Shown: positions 27,895 to 41,118 of the stretch, one piece after another
Layout: every line of letters starts with the position of its first letter
How positions within the stretch are numbered: the first letter of the stretch is position 1
Assembly (NCBI GenBank): GCA_965603825.1
Contig: CBFDEM010000046.1
Span: 558,001 to 622,000, forward strand
Direction: 5' to 3'
Origin: Blepharisma stoltei ATCC 30299
Lineage: Eukaryota > Protista > Ciliophora
DNA length: 64,000 nt
Translations under genes and position numbers: made by a program
The notes under the pieces: model-generated
What the model was told of the DNA's origin: nothing
The model's input: only the letters and a program-made list of their open reading frames with translations
Database searches by the model: none

Positions 27895-29283
27895 ATGATA
27901 GGAAGCAGACTTTATATATTCGGGAGTATTTTATTAACAATTATTGTTATTACACATACATATATATCTGAAGATCACTTCTACTCAACAATTACCCACA
28001 TTGCTAAGTCAAGATCAATTTTATTAGTTTTATTCAATTTCGGGATCGTGATCTGTATTTTATTTTTCCAGTTTTTGATCTATATTTTCTTCCAAACGCT
28101 AAAATCAGCAGAAACCCAACATATGCAGAGCCAAGCCATACATCATGGATTTCAGCTGGTAATGGTACTTTACATGCTTGATATAGAATTTGATTGAGTG
28201 ATTGCGATGCATGCTGCAACAAATATTGCGATAACAGCTTGGCATGCTTTAGCAATGAAAAGAGTTGAATATGTAATTATTATACAGCTATTCGCAGAAA
28301 GATATGCAAAATCTGCTTATGTCAGGATGATGATTCTACATATATTGCTAATAGTCATCGACTATATTTTTATTACATTGGAAATCAATAATAAATTTTA
28401 CGAAACTTTGAATGTCTTTTTGAGCTATGAAGTAATTTTTACTTAGTATATACTTATGCTTTTTGAAATACTAAGATCATTGATTTCATTTTTACTAAAC
28501 ACTTTTGAAAGAATATTTAAACCTGAAGGCTGGGAATATAAAGCAAGCTTGCTTAGCATTACTGAGTTCCTCTTTAATGTGATTGCATTAGGAATCATAA
28601 TTGTCGAACTCTCTATTTTATCACGCAGAAGTGCTATGGGCATCTATTTCCTCGACAGAGCCATTAGCTCAATTGTAGGCATCTACAAATGCTTTAAAAC
28701 CTTCATTAGCTCCAGAAAACTCCTCACAAAAATTGACAAATTTAAAGACGCAACTCCTGAAGAAATCCACGCAGCAAACGATAAATGCATTTTCTGCCTC
28801 GACCACCTAACCCAGGCAAAGAAAATCAACTGCGGGCATCTTTTCCACTACAAATGCTTAAGAGACTATTTCCAGCAGTCAAATGAGCAGCATAAATGCC
28901 CTACTTGTAGAGCAGACATTGATGAGGTAAACCCTATAATCCAGCATAAATATAATGAGCAAAGTCAGCAGAAAATAATCAAATCTATGATGATAGAAGA
29001 GCTTCCAAAAGGATTTGAGCAAGGAAAAGTAGTAAGTATTGGCGCTGTTGTGTGGGGATTGCCACAAGCTGTGACTTATCATAGGATTTCAAGTTATGAA
29101 GAAGAAGTGAAGCAGTCTATTGAAGAAATAAATACTTTTATGATAAGGTTTTATCAGCATCCGCCAGATCAGGTGGAAGATGAAGTTTTTGAGGAAAGCA
29201 AAGAAAGCAGTCCAGAAGAGTTCTCTGGGAAAATCCCAAAAAGTGCGCTGTCTAGATATGAATCGTTGAGCATAAATCAGTAA
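27895..29283 (+). CDS. HRD1/synoviolin-like ERAD E3 ligase (multi-TM plus RING-H2); 2 introns
   Basis: N-terminal TMs with HRD1-like QTLKSAETQH and KRVEY; DATPEEI..ANDKCIFC...CGHLFHYKC...CPTCR. TGA=Trp 28195-28197; introns 28273-28287 and 28432-28446. Confidence 0.88.
28273..28287 (+). other. Probable 15-nt in-frame, stop-less intron GTAATTATTATACAG
   Basis: Consensus match (GTAA, A10, CAG); reads VIIIQ if retained. Confidence 0.75.
28432..28446 (+). other. 15-nt intron GTAATTTTTACTTAG
   Basis: GT..AG, A10, in-frame TAG; removal gives FLSYEYILM, similar to HRD1 FEYAIL. Confidence 0.9.
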
Positions 29284-29372
29284 TTATTAATTTTATATTT
29301 ATAAATTATTGAAGATAAATATAATTTTTCTTTTGCTTATATAGCCCGAAGACTGAATTAAAAATCTAAATA

Positions 29373-32300
29373 TTATATTTGATTTCTTATTAAAAAATAC
29401 GATTTTATATCTTTTACCATCGTATTAACATGGATTTCCTGGTTAAGCTCAAACCCAAAAATTCCAGGCTTATAAATGTTCACAATCTCCTTTGTAGCTT
29501 CACTTACTGAAATTCTCCCCGCGACTCCATTGCTTTCTATCTTATTCGCAATCAATACATCATTTCCATAAATATCATACCTAATAATATTCGTACCCAC
29601 AACTCCTCCAATAATATTCCCAGTATGCATCCCAATCCTCATAGCCAGCTGCAGCGAGTTTTCCCTATTGATTTTTTCAATAACCTCAATCATTGATTCT
29701 GCAAAACAAATCATATTATAGCACTCTTCAGCTGAATTTCTCTCTTTATCATCCCTATATCCCATTGCAACATAGCAGTCTCCTATAGTGTGGACTTTAT
29801 AAGCATGATGTTTTTCGCACATTTTATCAAAATTCCCAAAAAGATTAGAAAGCATCCCTATAATAGCAGTCGGAGTCTCATTAGAAGATCATAAGGTAAA
29901 GCCTACAATGTCAGCATAAATTAAGGTTACTTGACTTAAAGAATCTACAATAGTATTTTCTTCTCTTAAATTATGATATACGTGGAGAGGCATCATTTTT
30001 GTTAGGAGATTATCAGTGTTTGTCAGTTCTTTTTGGGAGTATTCTTTAAGGGCGGAAAATATCCGAAGATTTTTTTCTTTATTATAGGTGATAAAGGCAA
30101 GAATGGAAAGAAAAATTAAAGAAAAAATGAGGGATTGATAGAAAATATTTGAGGGGAAAATTATGATATGGCATAGTCAGATTGATCATACTAGAAGTAA
30201 AGAAATAATTATGTGTTTGTAGAATAAGCAGGAACATTGGGTCAGCAAAAGCATGTAGAAATAAGCATAAGCTTCTTCTGTGGCAAATGAAAAAGATTCT
30301 TCACTGTCAAAATCAATGAGTGATGAGGCTATGATGGAGAGTATATAGATTAATTGTAACAACCACGCAAAATATTTATTTTTGTAAATGTTTCTATTGA
30401 GAAAAGTAAAACTTCCAAATATTATAATTTGGAAAAATGCAAAAATCACCATTTTTATACGATAAGGAAATTCATCAGAATCTAAACATCCTAATAAATG
30501 GATTCAAAATAATATGAAATTTGCTATAACAATCAGAATAAAAGAGTAAAATATGATTGGTTTATAAATTTCAATAATCTGCAGCCTAAGCTCAGTTTCT
30601 TTTTCAGTTTCTTTAAAGTTGCATGTGAGAAAATGCATTTCTTCTATATTATCTGTATCTTCCCTCCTAAACAATTGAGAAGTTTCCTCTAAATCCAAAC
30701 TGCTTAAAATAACTGATTTTCTTTTTGTTTCAGTCCTTATTGAATTATCACTAAAACTTGCTCTATTGGCTACAGAACTAAATGAATAATTCGACATAAG
30801 AAAAGCCCTTGGAGAAGGGTTATTTAAATAGCTCTGAGACTGAATATCGTCGACTTCCATGATTTTTATATGCAGGGTATTCATCATCCCTTTTCCTTTT
30901 ACATATACTGTTTGTTTAGAAAAAACAAGTCCTGATTTATCATCTAATAAATTGTAAGAAGCTTCAGAAATTTGGATCATAGATGGATCTGCCAGTGTAG
31001 AAGCCATTCGGCTGGCTGTATTAACGGTATCTCCTACTAATAAAAACTGAGGTTTATGGTCACCTACAACTCCTGCAGTAACTGAGCCGCTATGTATGCC
31101 GATTTTTACTTTTAATGAGACTCCTTTTCTTAGGTATGTTTTTTCTGCAGTCTTAAGTATCCCAATCCCCATTTCAATCGCTCTCCTTACATGTGATACA
31201 GAACTAAAGCATGGATCTAATTCAGTTTCACTGTCTTTTAGCCCCGCACAAGCCATATAAGTCTTTCCAACAGTTTCTATTTTCGTAGCCCCAACCATGT
31301 CGCATACTCTATCAAATTTCTTATAAACTTCATCAAGAAACTCTGTTAATTCTTGCAGCCCAATTCCTGATATAATTTCTTCAAAATCGCAAATATCGCA
31401 AAAAATGACAGAAACAATTCCTTGATTTTCTGAAATATACCGGACTCCATCCTTTACTCGATTCCTTACAAATTTCGGTAAAACGCAATTTAATACCATT
31501 TTAGATTTTTCAACATCTATCTCTACCTTTTTAACAAGGGTGTATTTTTCACGAACTGATTTTTCAGTAAAATAGCCAACTAATCCTGAAAGAATGATGA
31601 TTGAAATATGGATTATAACGTATTCGGATGCGTAAAGGATAATTTCTTTTGGATCACTATAGTGATGAAGTAGTTCATATAAAATGCCACCTAAAACAAA
31701 TAGCTCAGAAAATAATAAAAACATGGAATTTCAGAATCAATTAAAACTTAGGCCAATAAGAAATAATGGAGGGAGGATAAGAATTTCTCCAGGAATGAAA
31801 GTGTCAAAAAATATGGAGCAGACTAAAAATAAGGTGATATGTAAAAAATAAAGTAATAGGATTAACTGATTTTGGCATTTTTGAAATATAGCTGTACAAG
31901 TAAAGAAAATAAAAATCCCATGAACCCCTAATAAAAAATATTCATATACTTCAATTCAAGTTGTATTAGAATTCATTATAGACTCATAAATTACTAATAA
32001 AGTAATCACCAGAAAAAGATTGATAAAAAAATAGCGGCAATTAAAAATATTTTCTTGCAATTTTTCTAGTTGATACTCAGTCTCACGAGTCTTTGATTTA
32101 TATTTTAGTAATAAGCTACTTACATCAAAAGAATCATAAATTTCTTTGGTTTTATTATTTTCAGTAGAAATATAAATACTTCCAAGGCGGCCATTGAATT
32201 CGTTTATCCTTGGTGAGAAATTAAGGTTCGAGAATTTTTTAAAAATTCCTTGTTGTAAATAGTTGCAAAGGCTAGGAGAAAATACTTCAAATCATGCTCT

Positions 32301-35300
32301 ATAAAAATGAAAAATAATTGCAAATAATAAAGTAAGCATAATTATCCAAATAATGTAACTGATTGAATTGCTTATCATTTGAAAGGCTCCATAATTCAAA
32401 AATTCATAAACTTGAACTGAAGGAATAATTCTGAAAATAAATAATAAAACAAATGAAGAAAATATAGAAAAAACTGTTCATATATTGAAAGATCAAATGC
32501 TTTTTATTATAAAGCATAACAAACAACTAAATAGTGCAATTATCACCATAATTTGGTCTAACTCGAAGCTATCATTATATCCTTGTTTATTAATAATTCC
32601 ACCTAGTAAATAAACAAATGAGATTGTAACAATTGCTGCAATAAATGAGCAAATGACAGCTTTTATCATAATTTTATTAGAAAAATGCATGTTTTTGATT
32701 CCTTCTATATAAATTTGTGGAAAATTTATTATTCTTGCATCAGATACAAATTCATCATAAATTCCAACAGTAATAATCAAAATGCTAAAAAAAATATAAT
32801 TAAGACAAAAAATATCATATGCCTCAAGAATTGAATTCCCCGATGATCCAACACAATTATCATATAAAAAAATACTAAAAAATACTGTCACACTTATAAA
32901 AACTGAAAAAACCACAGTTCTCGAAGAATTTATGTAGATTTTGTATCCATCTATCAAAATCAAATCTTTTAGTTGAGAAAAACTCTTGATATTAATATGG
33001 CTTAAATTTTCAGCTTGATTAGCTGCACTTGTATGCACACATACACCTATGTGTGCAGCCTGCATCATCCCAATGTCACTATTACCATCTCCCACAGCAA
33101 GAATCATCGGCTTATATGAAACATTTTCTTTTAATAATTTTACGACCATTGTTTTATCGTCTGGAAGTAGCGAGTGAAAAGTGACGACTTGAGCTGCACA
33201 TAAAAGAGCAATAAAATATTTTCGGTTTTCTTTAGTGCTTAATCCATATTCTAATCCACTTCGGTCTATAGATAAAATAAAATAAATCGAATTGCAATTA
33301 AAATTTGAAGATAGAAGTGAATGTAGCTCTAATGGCTGAAATAGCTGGGGATCAACTGATTTAAAGATTTGAAGAGCATTTGGTCTTTGGATTTGGTATC
33401 GATCATTTTCTAACTCAGGGCTATTTTGTGATTCATGATTGAACATTATTGGCTCTGTATACGCATAATGTAGCATTCTAAAAGAATCTGGCGACTCTGT
33501 AGGACTCTGAGTCTGCTTATTATCGTTTTCCTTATGAAAAATAGAAGAGTTTATGTGTCTTATTAAATCCCTCTTGCAGGCTATTTCTGAAGAATAATTT
33601 GTCAATTTTACAATCCTAGCTTCTTTTTCAAATAAATTTGCTGACAGCCCTGAAGATATTGTGCTTTCTTCACAATCCCCACTCAGCATCCAAATTTTTA
33701 TTCCTGCTTTTGTTAGTAACGATATCGTTTCTTTGGCTCCCTCTTGAATTTTATATTCAAGACACACAACGCCCAGATACTCTAAGTTTTGTTCTAATTC
33801 GTCAAATAAGTCTTCAATTCTTCCTTCACTATTAACTGGTGATAATTTCGCATTACTATATGCAAATTTAAATTGGTTATATTCTTCTAGGGTTAGGATT
33901 TTACAGCCCATATATATGGATTTTACTCCAGATAAATCTTTCATAAGCATTTTATCGTCAAGGTACTGCCTTTGTTCAGAGGTTAAATCTAAAATTCGTA
34001 TCATTTTTTCTCTGGGGCCTTTTACATATAGAACTGCGACGGAATTATTGATATCTTTGACAACTATTCGGGTTTTATTGGTTGCGGAGTTATTTTGGGC
34101 TGCAATTATAGGAAATCTTTCTTCAGTTCCTAAAACATTTAGCAGACATTTTTTGCTGGTTCTTCTGATCAGCTTAAAACCGAGTTTTCCGCTAGTTTTT
34201 ACTAATGCATGATCATCTGCGGAAGTTGAAAAATAGCTGCAGTGCTTTTTTATTGAAACTTGATTGCAAATAGCCATGCATACCATGTAATGATAAAGAA
34301 TAGATTTTCGATCTAATGCTCCTAAGAAATCTTTCCTCAGCTTTGAAAAGTTTATCTTGGAGTTTCCATTTGGATAGCTAAAGCATCTATTAAAGCATGT
34401 GCTTTCTGTAAAAGCGTTGCTGTCCACTCTTACAAATTCATGGACATCATTCAAATAATCATCGTCATGCTTAGTATAAATGCTATTATTAATTATGCAT
34501 GCCTTTACTGAAAGATCACTAGTCGTGATTGTCCCCGTTTTGTCTGCTAATATATATTCTATTTGTCCTAAGTCTTCAATAATATTTGTAGTGTTGAAAG
34601 TAATTGATCCGTTTTTCTTTTGTATTTTCTTGGCCTGGAGAAATCTAACGATTTCTAAATTCAAATAGATACAGATTGGCACAGCTTGGCACAGCTGTAC
34701 GAGCAAATCTTGAAATAGCTTGAGTAAATTATCATCATATTTCAAACCATAGTATAAATAATTAAAAAATAAGGTAAATATCAGGACAATAGATTCTGCA
34801 ATTATGATAAGAAATACATACCTATTTAATGTTTTTTGAAAGCGGGATATATGTTTTGTATAATTTAAATCACTTATTGGGCTTGTCCCTTCTTTTCCAG
34901 TGTATATAACCAATCCAAAAATTCATGAGGTTTCAATGATTATTGACCCTCTTTGAACAAAATTATTATTAGATAAATTTATTCTTTTTGGATTCTGTTT
35001 AAGTTTGAAAAATCCTGAAAATTCTTTAAATTTAAAAGGTGCAGGAACTTTTACTTTAGCTTCAAGCTTGCACAAGTAATTTCCAGCTTCAATATGGTCA
35101 AAAGAATTAATAACCATCTGTGAGTCATTTATGGGTTTTTTAATTAAAATGCATTTTTCTCCAATAATTTCACTCGCATCAACATAACATATTTGTTCTT
35201 CTTCACCAATAGAAAGAACTAAGATATCAGCAGGGACATATTCTTTCTCAGTTACCAAAATAATATCTCCGACTTGCAATTTTTTTCTTTTTATTTTAAT

Positions 35301-35672
35301 AAATTCGTGCCCATCTCATTTATTGCAAAATTGATTATTAATACTTTCATCGTTTAAATATCTTTTAAAGTCTTGGTATATATCAGAAAACATGGTAAGC
35401 GATAATAATAATGCTAAAAAAATGAAAGGAAATCATGGGTAAGTTTCTGATCAGATAGAATTATATATGGATGCAAAAAGAAAACAGATGCCAACTGGAC
35501 TGTGAAACTGTGCAAAAAGACTTAAAGGGAGAAAGGTTTTGAGGGTATAGCGTGAAGTTTTTATTTTGTTGCTAATGAATCCGCTTAAATGGGAGCTCGG
35601 GACATTAATGATTCTTCAATTTTCTGGGCGTTTTTCTTGGCTAATATCGTTTAGCTTGGGGAGATTTTCCAT
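29373..35672 (-). CDS. Alveolate-type P4-ATPase-like / guanylyl cyclase fusion, 2099 aa
   Basis: Single 6300-nt frame with 15 TGA=Trp; gaps between track ORFs translated by hand with no TAA/TAG. P4 motifs NKIKTSRYTLKTFLP, VPADIL, EDLGQIEYILADKTGT, GIKIWMLSGD, LAVGDG. Two TM blocks and two class-III cyclase domains (KIETVGKTYMAC..GDTVNTASRM..KGKG; YADIVGFT..KVHTIGDCY..RYDIYGNDV). Confidence 0.93.
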
Positions 35673-36014
35673 TAAATTTATATTTAATTATTTTCTTGCT
35701 ATATAAAGCTTAAAAATTCCTTTATTAATATTAAATTTAAAATAGAATTAATCTTATGCTATAATTGTATATTATAGATATAGATCATATATTTAATTAA
35801 ATGCCAGGTCATCCTAATATAATGACAATAGCTAATGAAGCTTAAATACTGATCATAAAAATTATACTCATTAAATTTGTTCATACTTTTGATAAATGAT
35901 TCTTAATATCATTGAAAAAAGAAGACACACAATTGCCTTTTATGAATGGCCATATGTTATTATTTGAAGGAAAGCATCCTAATTGATTTAAAATTTTTCG
36001 CCTAAACTAAAAAT

Positions 36015-36920
36015 TTATCTTAATATTGGGTTTCCATCCATGAATCCATCTATATCAACAATTGTATATTGCCTTAGCCACTCAGTAAACTTTTCAGAGA
36101 AAAATTTATCGCACTTCAAGAATTTTAATATCATATTCCAAAGATACCCACTTGGCAATGTCATATAATCCAACCTTAGTGAATGAAATTCTTTTTTGTT
36201 TGGATCATTGCTGCCTCCACACACAGCATTATTTTGATCAACAACATAAAGTTTATATGAACTAAGTATCCCTATATCATAAGTTGCAATAAAAATTGGG
36301 AAACTTCCCATTGCTACGAAAATTTCTTTTATTTCAAGAAGATATTGCTCTATATTTTCATCTTGATTTATCTTCTTAAAATCCAATGATAAAAAATCAT
36401 TTAAATATTTGCGTTTTATGTTCCTATCTTCAATACGATAAGAATGAATAGGCAATCGTCTCTTAAATCCAGGGATCAAAGTATATTCATATTCGCTTTT
36501 TGGGAAATTAAGGTTCCTATATGGTAAAAAATTGCCTGAAGTGCAAGTTTTATCTAAAACAGTAACTTTGGCATCATCAATGCTTCCTGTGGTCATTATC
36601 TTATACCCTAGTTTTTTGTACTCTTCTCATGATGTCTTAAGCTTTTTAAGCATATTAAATTCAACTAAATCTTCAAGGCTGATAAAATTTTCTTGAGCAA
36701 TTGAAGATAAAAGAGTTTCAAATACTGCTTTTATCCCTTCTGAGTCTCCTTCTTCTTTGAGAAATTTGTTGTTTTCTACTTGTGAATCGTGCTTTTCTTG
36801 CATTATATCTGGCTCTTCAGAATCAAACTGTAGCGGAAAGTCTATAAGGGCCTGTGCGAGATTTTTGGGCTTGAGATGATAGGGATAAGCTACAGAAAAA
36901 TATCTCTTGAGAAAATTCAT
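36015..36920 (-). CDS. Hypothetical protein, possibly mitochondrial, ~301 aa
   Basis: Two track ORFs joined by TGA 36627-36629; presequence-like start MNFLKRYFS; ends TAA. Confidence 0.7.
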
Positions 36921-37017
36921 TTATAAAATAGTGCTTAAAATGAAATTTAGCTGCTATAATAAATTATGATTGATTTAAGATATTTTATTAATTAAATTTA
37001 ATTATCATAGTATCATC

Positions 37018-37608
37018 CTAAGTATTCATCTGTCTTCTCCAAGTAACCATAAGTTCTTTGAATTCTTTTTTTGTTAATATATCTTGGGAGTTCACAGTTC
37101 TGAATCTCGCCCTTTTTCATCTGCTTCTATTAGTTTCTTTGATTTCGTCATATTTAATTCTTGAAATAAGCTTAATCTCGTCTTCTAATATTTCGCATTT
37201 CTTTTTTGTTCTATTTAATTTGGATTGTAGTTTGATATTTGAAGCTTGGTTAATATTGGATAATACACTATTTATTTTATCTAATCTCTCTTGTTGCTTT
37301 GGAGATACAGAAAATAGTTCAGTGGCACTGCATGAATTATAATTTATTTTGAATGCTGAAGGTAATTGAGGGTCTTTAAGGAAAGGAATAAAAGAGCCTT
37401 GACGAGATAAGCCTTGTACTGTATGAGAAGATTCACGTGTTAATCTTCTGCTTTTAAATGTTAACAATTCATTTCTTGAAGTAAAAGCATGGGGATCAAG
37501 ATTGAGAAAAGCATCAGAGGAGGAACGACTGTGAAAGAAAGGCAAAGCTATTTTTGGTGAATTATTCTTTGAAGAAAGCTGGGTTTTTGTATTTATTGAC
37601 GCTTTCAT
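37018..37608 (-). CDS. Hypothetical basic protein, ~196 aa
   Basis: TGA 37117-37119 read as Trp extends to ...WRRQMNT-TAG at 37018. Confidence 0.65.
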
Positions 37609-38787
37609 TTATTGTGCTTACTACTATAAATTCATATTGAATCTGAAACATCAATTAAATTTGAATTTAATGGAAAATTGGCAAAGCTTTTAATATGCGT
37701 GTTTATGTGCTCGACGCCCTTTATCCATTTACTTCTACCAATCGTCACATTTCTGATGCATTTCAGTGAATCTGCTCTATTTGGTCTAGTACACAATGCT
37801 ATTAAATATGCGATAATGTGACGCTATATGTGGTAGGCATTATTGACATGCTATGCATGATGCAATTGAAATGCATGCCAAATTGACCTAATTTTAAGTA
37901 TGCACGCTACATGGCTTCCAGATGTGTTTTTTAATGAACATATCTTACTTAGATTTATGTTCTGGAGTATTTTCTTTGCATGTCGGTTCATCACGATTTA
38001 TCATATTTGTGAGATAGAACAAATTTGATTCAAATTGAGCAATTATTTTGACTAGAACTTGAATCAGGCTTTTGTCGAGTTAGAGAGATAAGTAGAGTAT
38101 AAGATATAAGAAACCGATATATCAATAAAAAAAAATTTCAACGTTTCATAGCGATGAGAAATCGTTAAGTACTACAAGAAACTCATAATAATAGCAAAAA
38201 ACCCATTAAATATAGCAGTAAAAATATTTTTTAGCCCTAAAAATATTTTGCAGCTACAAAAACTATAATACCTTTAAGCCTATAAAATAACTTTAAAATG
38301 AAGGAGATAAATTATCAAATAAGGTCAATATGCTACTTTAATTTGAAAATTAATACTATAATAAATAAATATAGTGAGCTTATTAATGCCCGTCATCAAT
38401 TACCAAAATAAGTTAGTTTTGACTAATTAATCCCATAACTTGTAATTTGCCTGCATAATATTCTAGGCAAATTTTATCAAATTACGCAATTTTTATATTC
38501 TGATATAACAAGAAAGGCCATTTCTTCCCAAATTAGCCTAAACTAATACAATTCTGACACAAATTATACTCTCTTCCCTATTTTGCAGCTCAGCTATTAT
38601 AATTGATTCCAACTTTTAAACATTAATTTTCTTATACCAATTTATAGGCCATTAATACTATTCAAATAATTTTTCAATTATCTCCACTTATATCAAGCTT
38701 TTAAAGTAAATACTAGAAATCATATTTATTTTATAACGTTGGCGATACTATTCGCTAAATAAGCTAATAAAATGATACAAATAAAAT

Positions 38788-40282
38788 ATGAGTAATCCAA
38801 ACTCTAACATTAAACGAGAAATTCCATCAAATTCCTTATCAAATTCTCATAAAACACTTCCAAGTAATAAAAGTTTCACTTCATCTAGATCTCATTTACA
38901 AGAGTTGCCATCTAAGCCTTCCCGTGAGCAAGAAAAAGCAACTATTCTCGCAATGGAAAATAAGGACTGCAATGTAAACTATCTTATAGAAGCGTCTTGA
39001 ATTAAAGACTGAGCTCTATATATCTCAGGAAGCGAACCTCCTGGGAAAATGAGGACAAAAAAGCTGCTAAACTCGAAAGAAAAGCTTAAAAAGAAATTAT
39101 CTTTCAAAAAAGACTATAGGGTACTTAATAAAGACCAATGGTATTTTCTGAAATCTATACATGGAGCTGATCCTTCAGTTAAGAAAAAAAATAAACAAAG
39201 GTATAGCGAAAGCAAAAAAATAGAGCAAGAAGAAAATAACCAAGACGATTCTCAAAGCACCCCAAAAAACTGTGCTTTAAATCTAAGACTGCCTTCGAAT
39301 ATAAGATCATCTAGCACCGCTGACAACTCTTTTATTGCTCCAAAGCCATCACATGTACGAACTCTTTCAGAAATTACAATCCCCAAAAAGCAAACTATAG
39401 TTACAGAAATCGCCAATTTAAAACCTCCTCCAGCATCAGCAGAATTGAAGTCTGGGAAGGATACTTTAGAATCTTACACAAGAAGCACCATGCATAGCAC
39501 TCCTCAAGAATCGAATTCTGATTTTGCTTTAATAAGCCCTTCAGATTATTTAAAAAAAGGATTAGTAGGGCTAGATAACCCTAAAAATTATTGCTATATG
39601 AACGCTGGGGTACAATTGTTGCTATCAATTGTACCTTTGAGAGATTTTTTTTACAAACAGAAACTTGATGGAAATGATTACCCATTTACACAGAGTTTCA
39701 TTAATGTAACGACGTCAGTCTTTAAGCTAAACCATGGAAGTACAAGCCAAATATTTTGACCCTTTTATATTTAATGGAATGACTTCGAGCAGACTTAAAT
39801 GCAAAAGATGTGGAAACGTGTCAGAAAAATATGAGCCGTTTATCGATCTCCAACTTGCATTAGCTCCAACACTCAGACAATGCGTTGTACAGTATGCAGA
39901 AGAAGAAACATTACATTATCGCTGTTTAGAATGCCGTCAAGACGCTGTTTCTTGTAGGAGATTTATATTGTCAACACCTCCTAGATATTTACTTATTCAG
40001 ATAAAAAGATTTAAATCTGAGCCAAGTCCAATTAAATTAGACAGCACTTGCCGATTTCATAAAATTTTGGATCTCACAAGCTTTTCTGAACAAAAAACAG
40101 AGTACAAACTTATTGGGATTGCTGTACACATTGGGTCTATGAGTTCTGGGCATTATAAAGCATATTGCAAAAGAGGCAGAAATTGGTATTGTTTTGATGA
40201 CAGTTTCTGTACAAAAATCAGCTTAAAAGAAGTTCTTTTGCAGCAAGCTTATGTTTTGCTTTATAAGTGTATTAGTTTGTAA
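38788..40282 (+). CDS. DUSP plus USP (peptidase C19) deubiquitinase, interrupted by a +1 frameshift and apparent deletion near 39735-39775
   Basis: DUSP (YLIEASW*IKDW*ALY, KKDYRVLNKDQWYFL), Cys box GLDNPKNYCYMNAGVQ. In the next frame: CKRC..EPFIDL, LLIQIKRF, His box VHIGSMSSGHYKAY..WYCFDD, QAYVLLY. Confidence 0.8.
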
Positions 40283-40301
40283 TTATATTTAAAATTATTA
40301 A

Positions 40302-41066
40302 TTAATATTGAGAATAATCATCTGAGTAGCTATAGCAACCGTTTTCATTTCTTATAAGCTTTATATGCTGCTTAATTTTCCTTCGGCTCAGCATATTCTG
40401 AAAATTAATCGGCCTGAATTTGATTTTTTCATTTCGAGGTTTTGGTGGTCGATTTAAAATATTGAAATATTCCATTATGCTTTTTTCATTATCTATTCTT
40501 CTCTCTGGATATTTAAAGGTTTCTGGAGTAGATTCACTATGCTTCAGCGTGCGAAAATTAATTTTAATTCTTCTTTTGTGCTGACGCAGATTACTTTGAC
40601 TGCGAGTTTTTGAGGAATGGTCACTGAGAAGATTTCGGTCTATGAAGTCGTCTACAGGACTGTTAACTCTTAACAGGTTTTGTAAAGAAGGGGATTTGGG
40701 GGTTTCTAGATATAGCTTGCTAGCTTCAGGAGAAATTCCAATTCCTCTGAAATAGTCTGATCTTGTTTTTGCTCTTGGAATTTTAATTCTTTTGGAAATT
40801 GGAGCAAGATTTCTATCAATTGATAAATTTATAGATTTACAGTTGGAACTTATTATTTTCTGGCTCAATTTTTCTTCAGTTTTTCTTTTTTCTTGGAAAA
40901 CTCTTTCTGAAGCTTGATCAGGGTCACACTGGATACCTATTGAGCTTTTTTTGTGAAACTTAAGTTTAAGATCATCTCTTCTGATTCTTGGCTGGCTCAA
41001 GTTATTATGATTCGGCTTATAATTCAAAATGATTGAGTTGTGCTTCGAAACATAATCGCTTTTCAT
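40302..41066 (-). CDS. Hypothetical basic low-complexity protein
   Basis: 254-aa ATG-to-TAA ORF filling the space between neighbours; no recognised domain. Confidence 0.65.
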   Translation of the reverse strand: MKSDYVSKHNSIILNYKPNHNNLSQPRIRRDDLKLKFHKKSSIGIQCDPDQASERVFQEKRKTEEKLSQKIISSNCKSINLSIDRNLAPISKRIKIPRAKTRSDYFRGIGISPEASKLYLETPKSPSLQNLLRVNSPVDDFIDRNLLSDHSSKTRSQSNLRQHKRRIKINFRTLKHSESTPETFKYPERRIDNEKSIMEYFNILNRPPKPRNEKIKFRPINFQNMLSRRKIKQHIKLIRNENGCYSYSDDYSQY

Positions 41067-41118
41067 TTCAAGTTACTTAAAATTTTCATATATTATCAAA
41101 AAGTCAATAAATTCCAAA

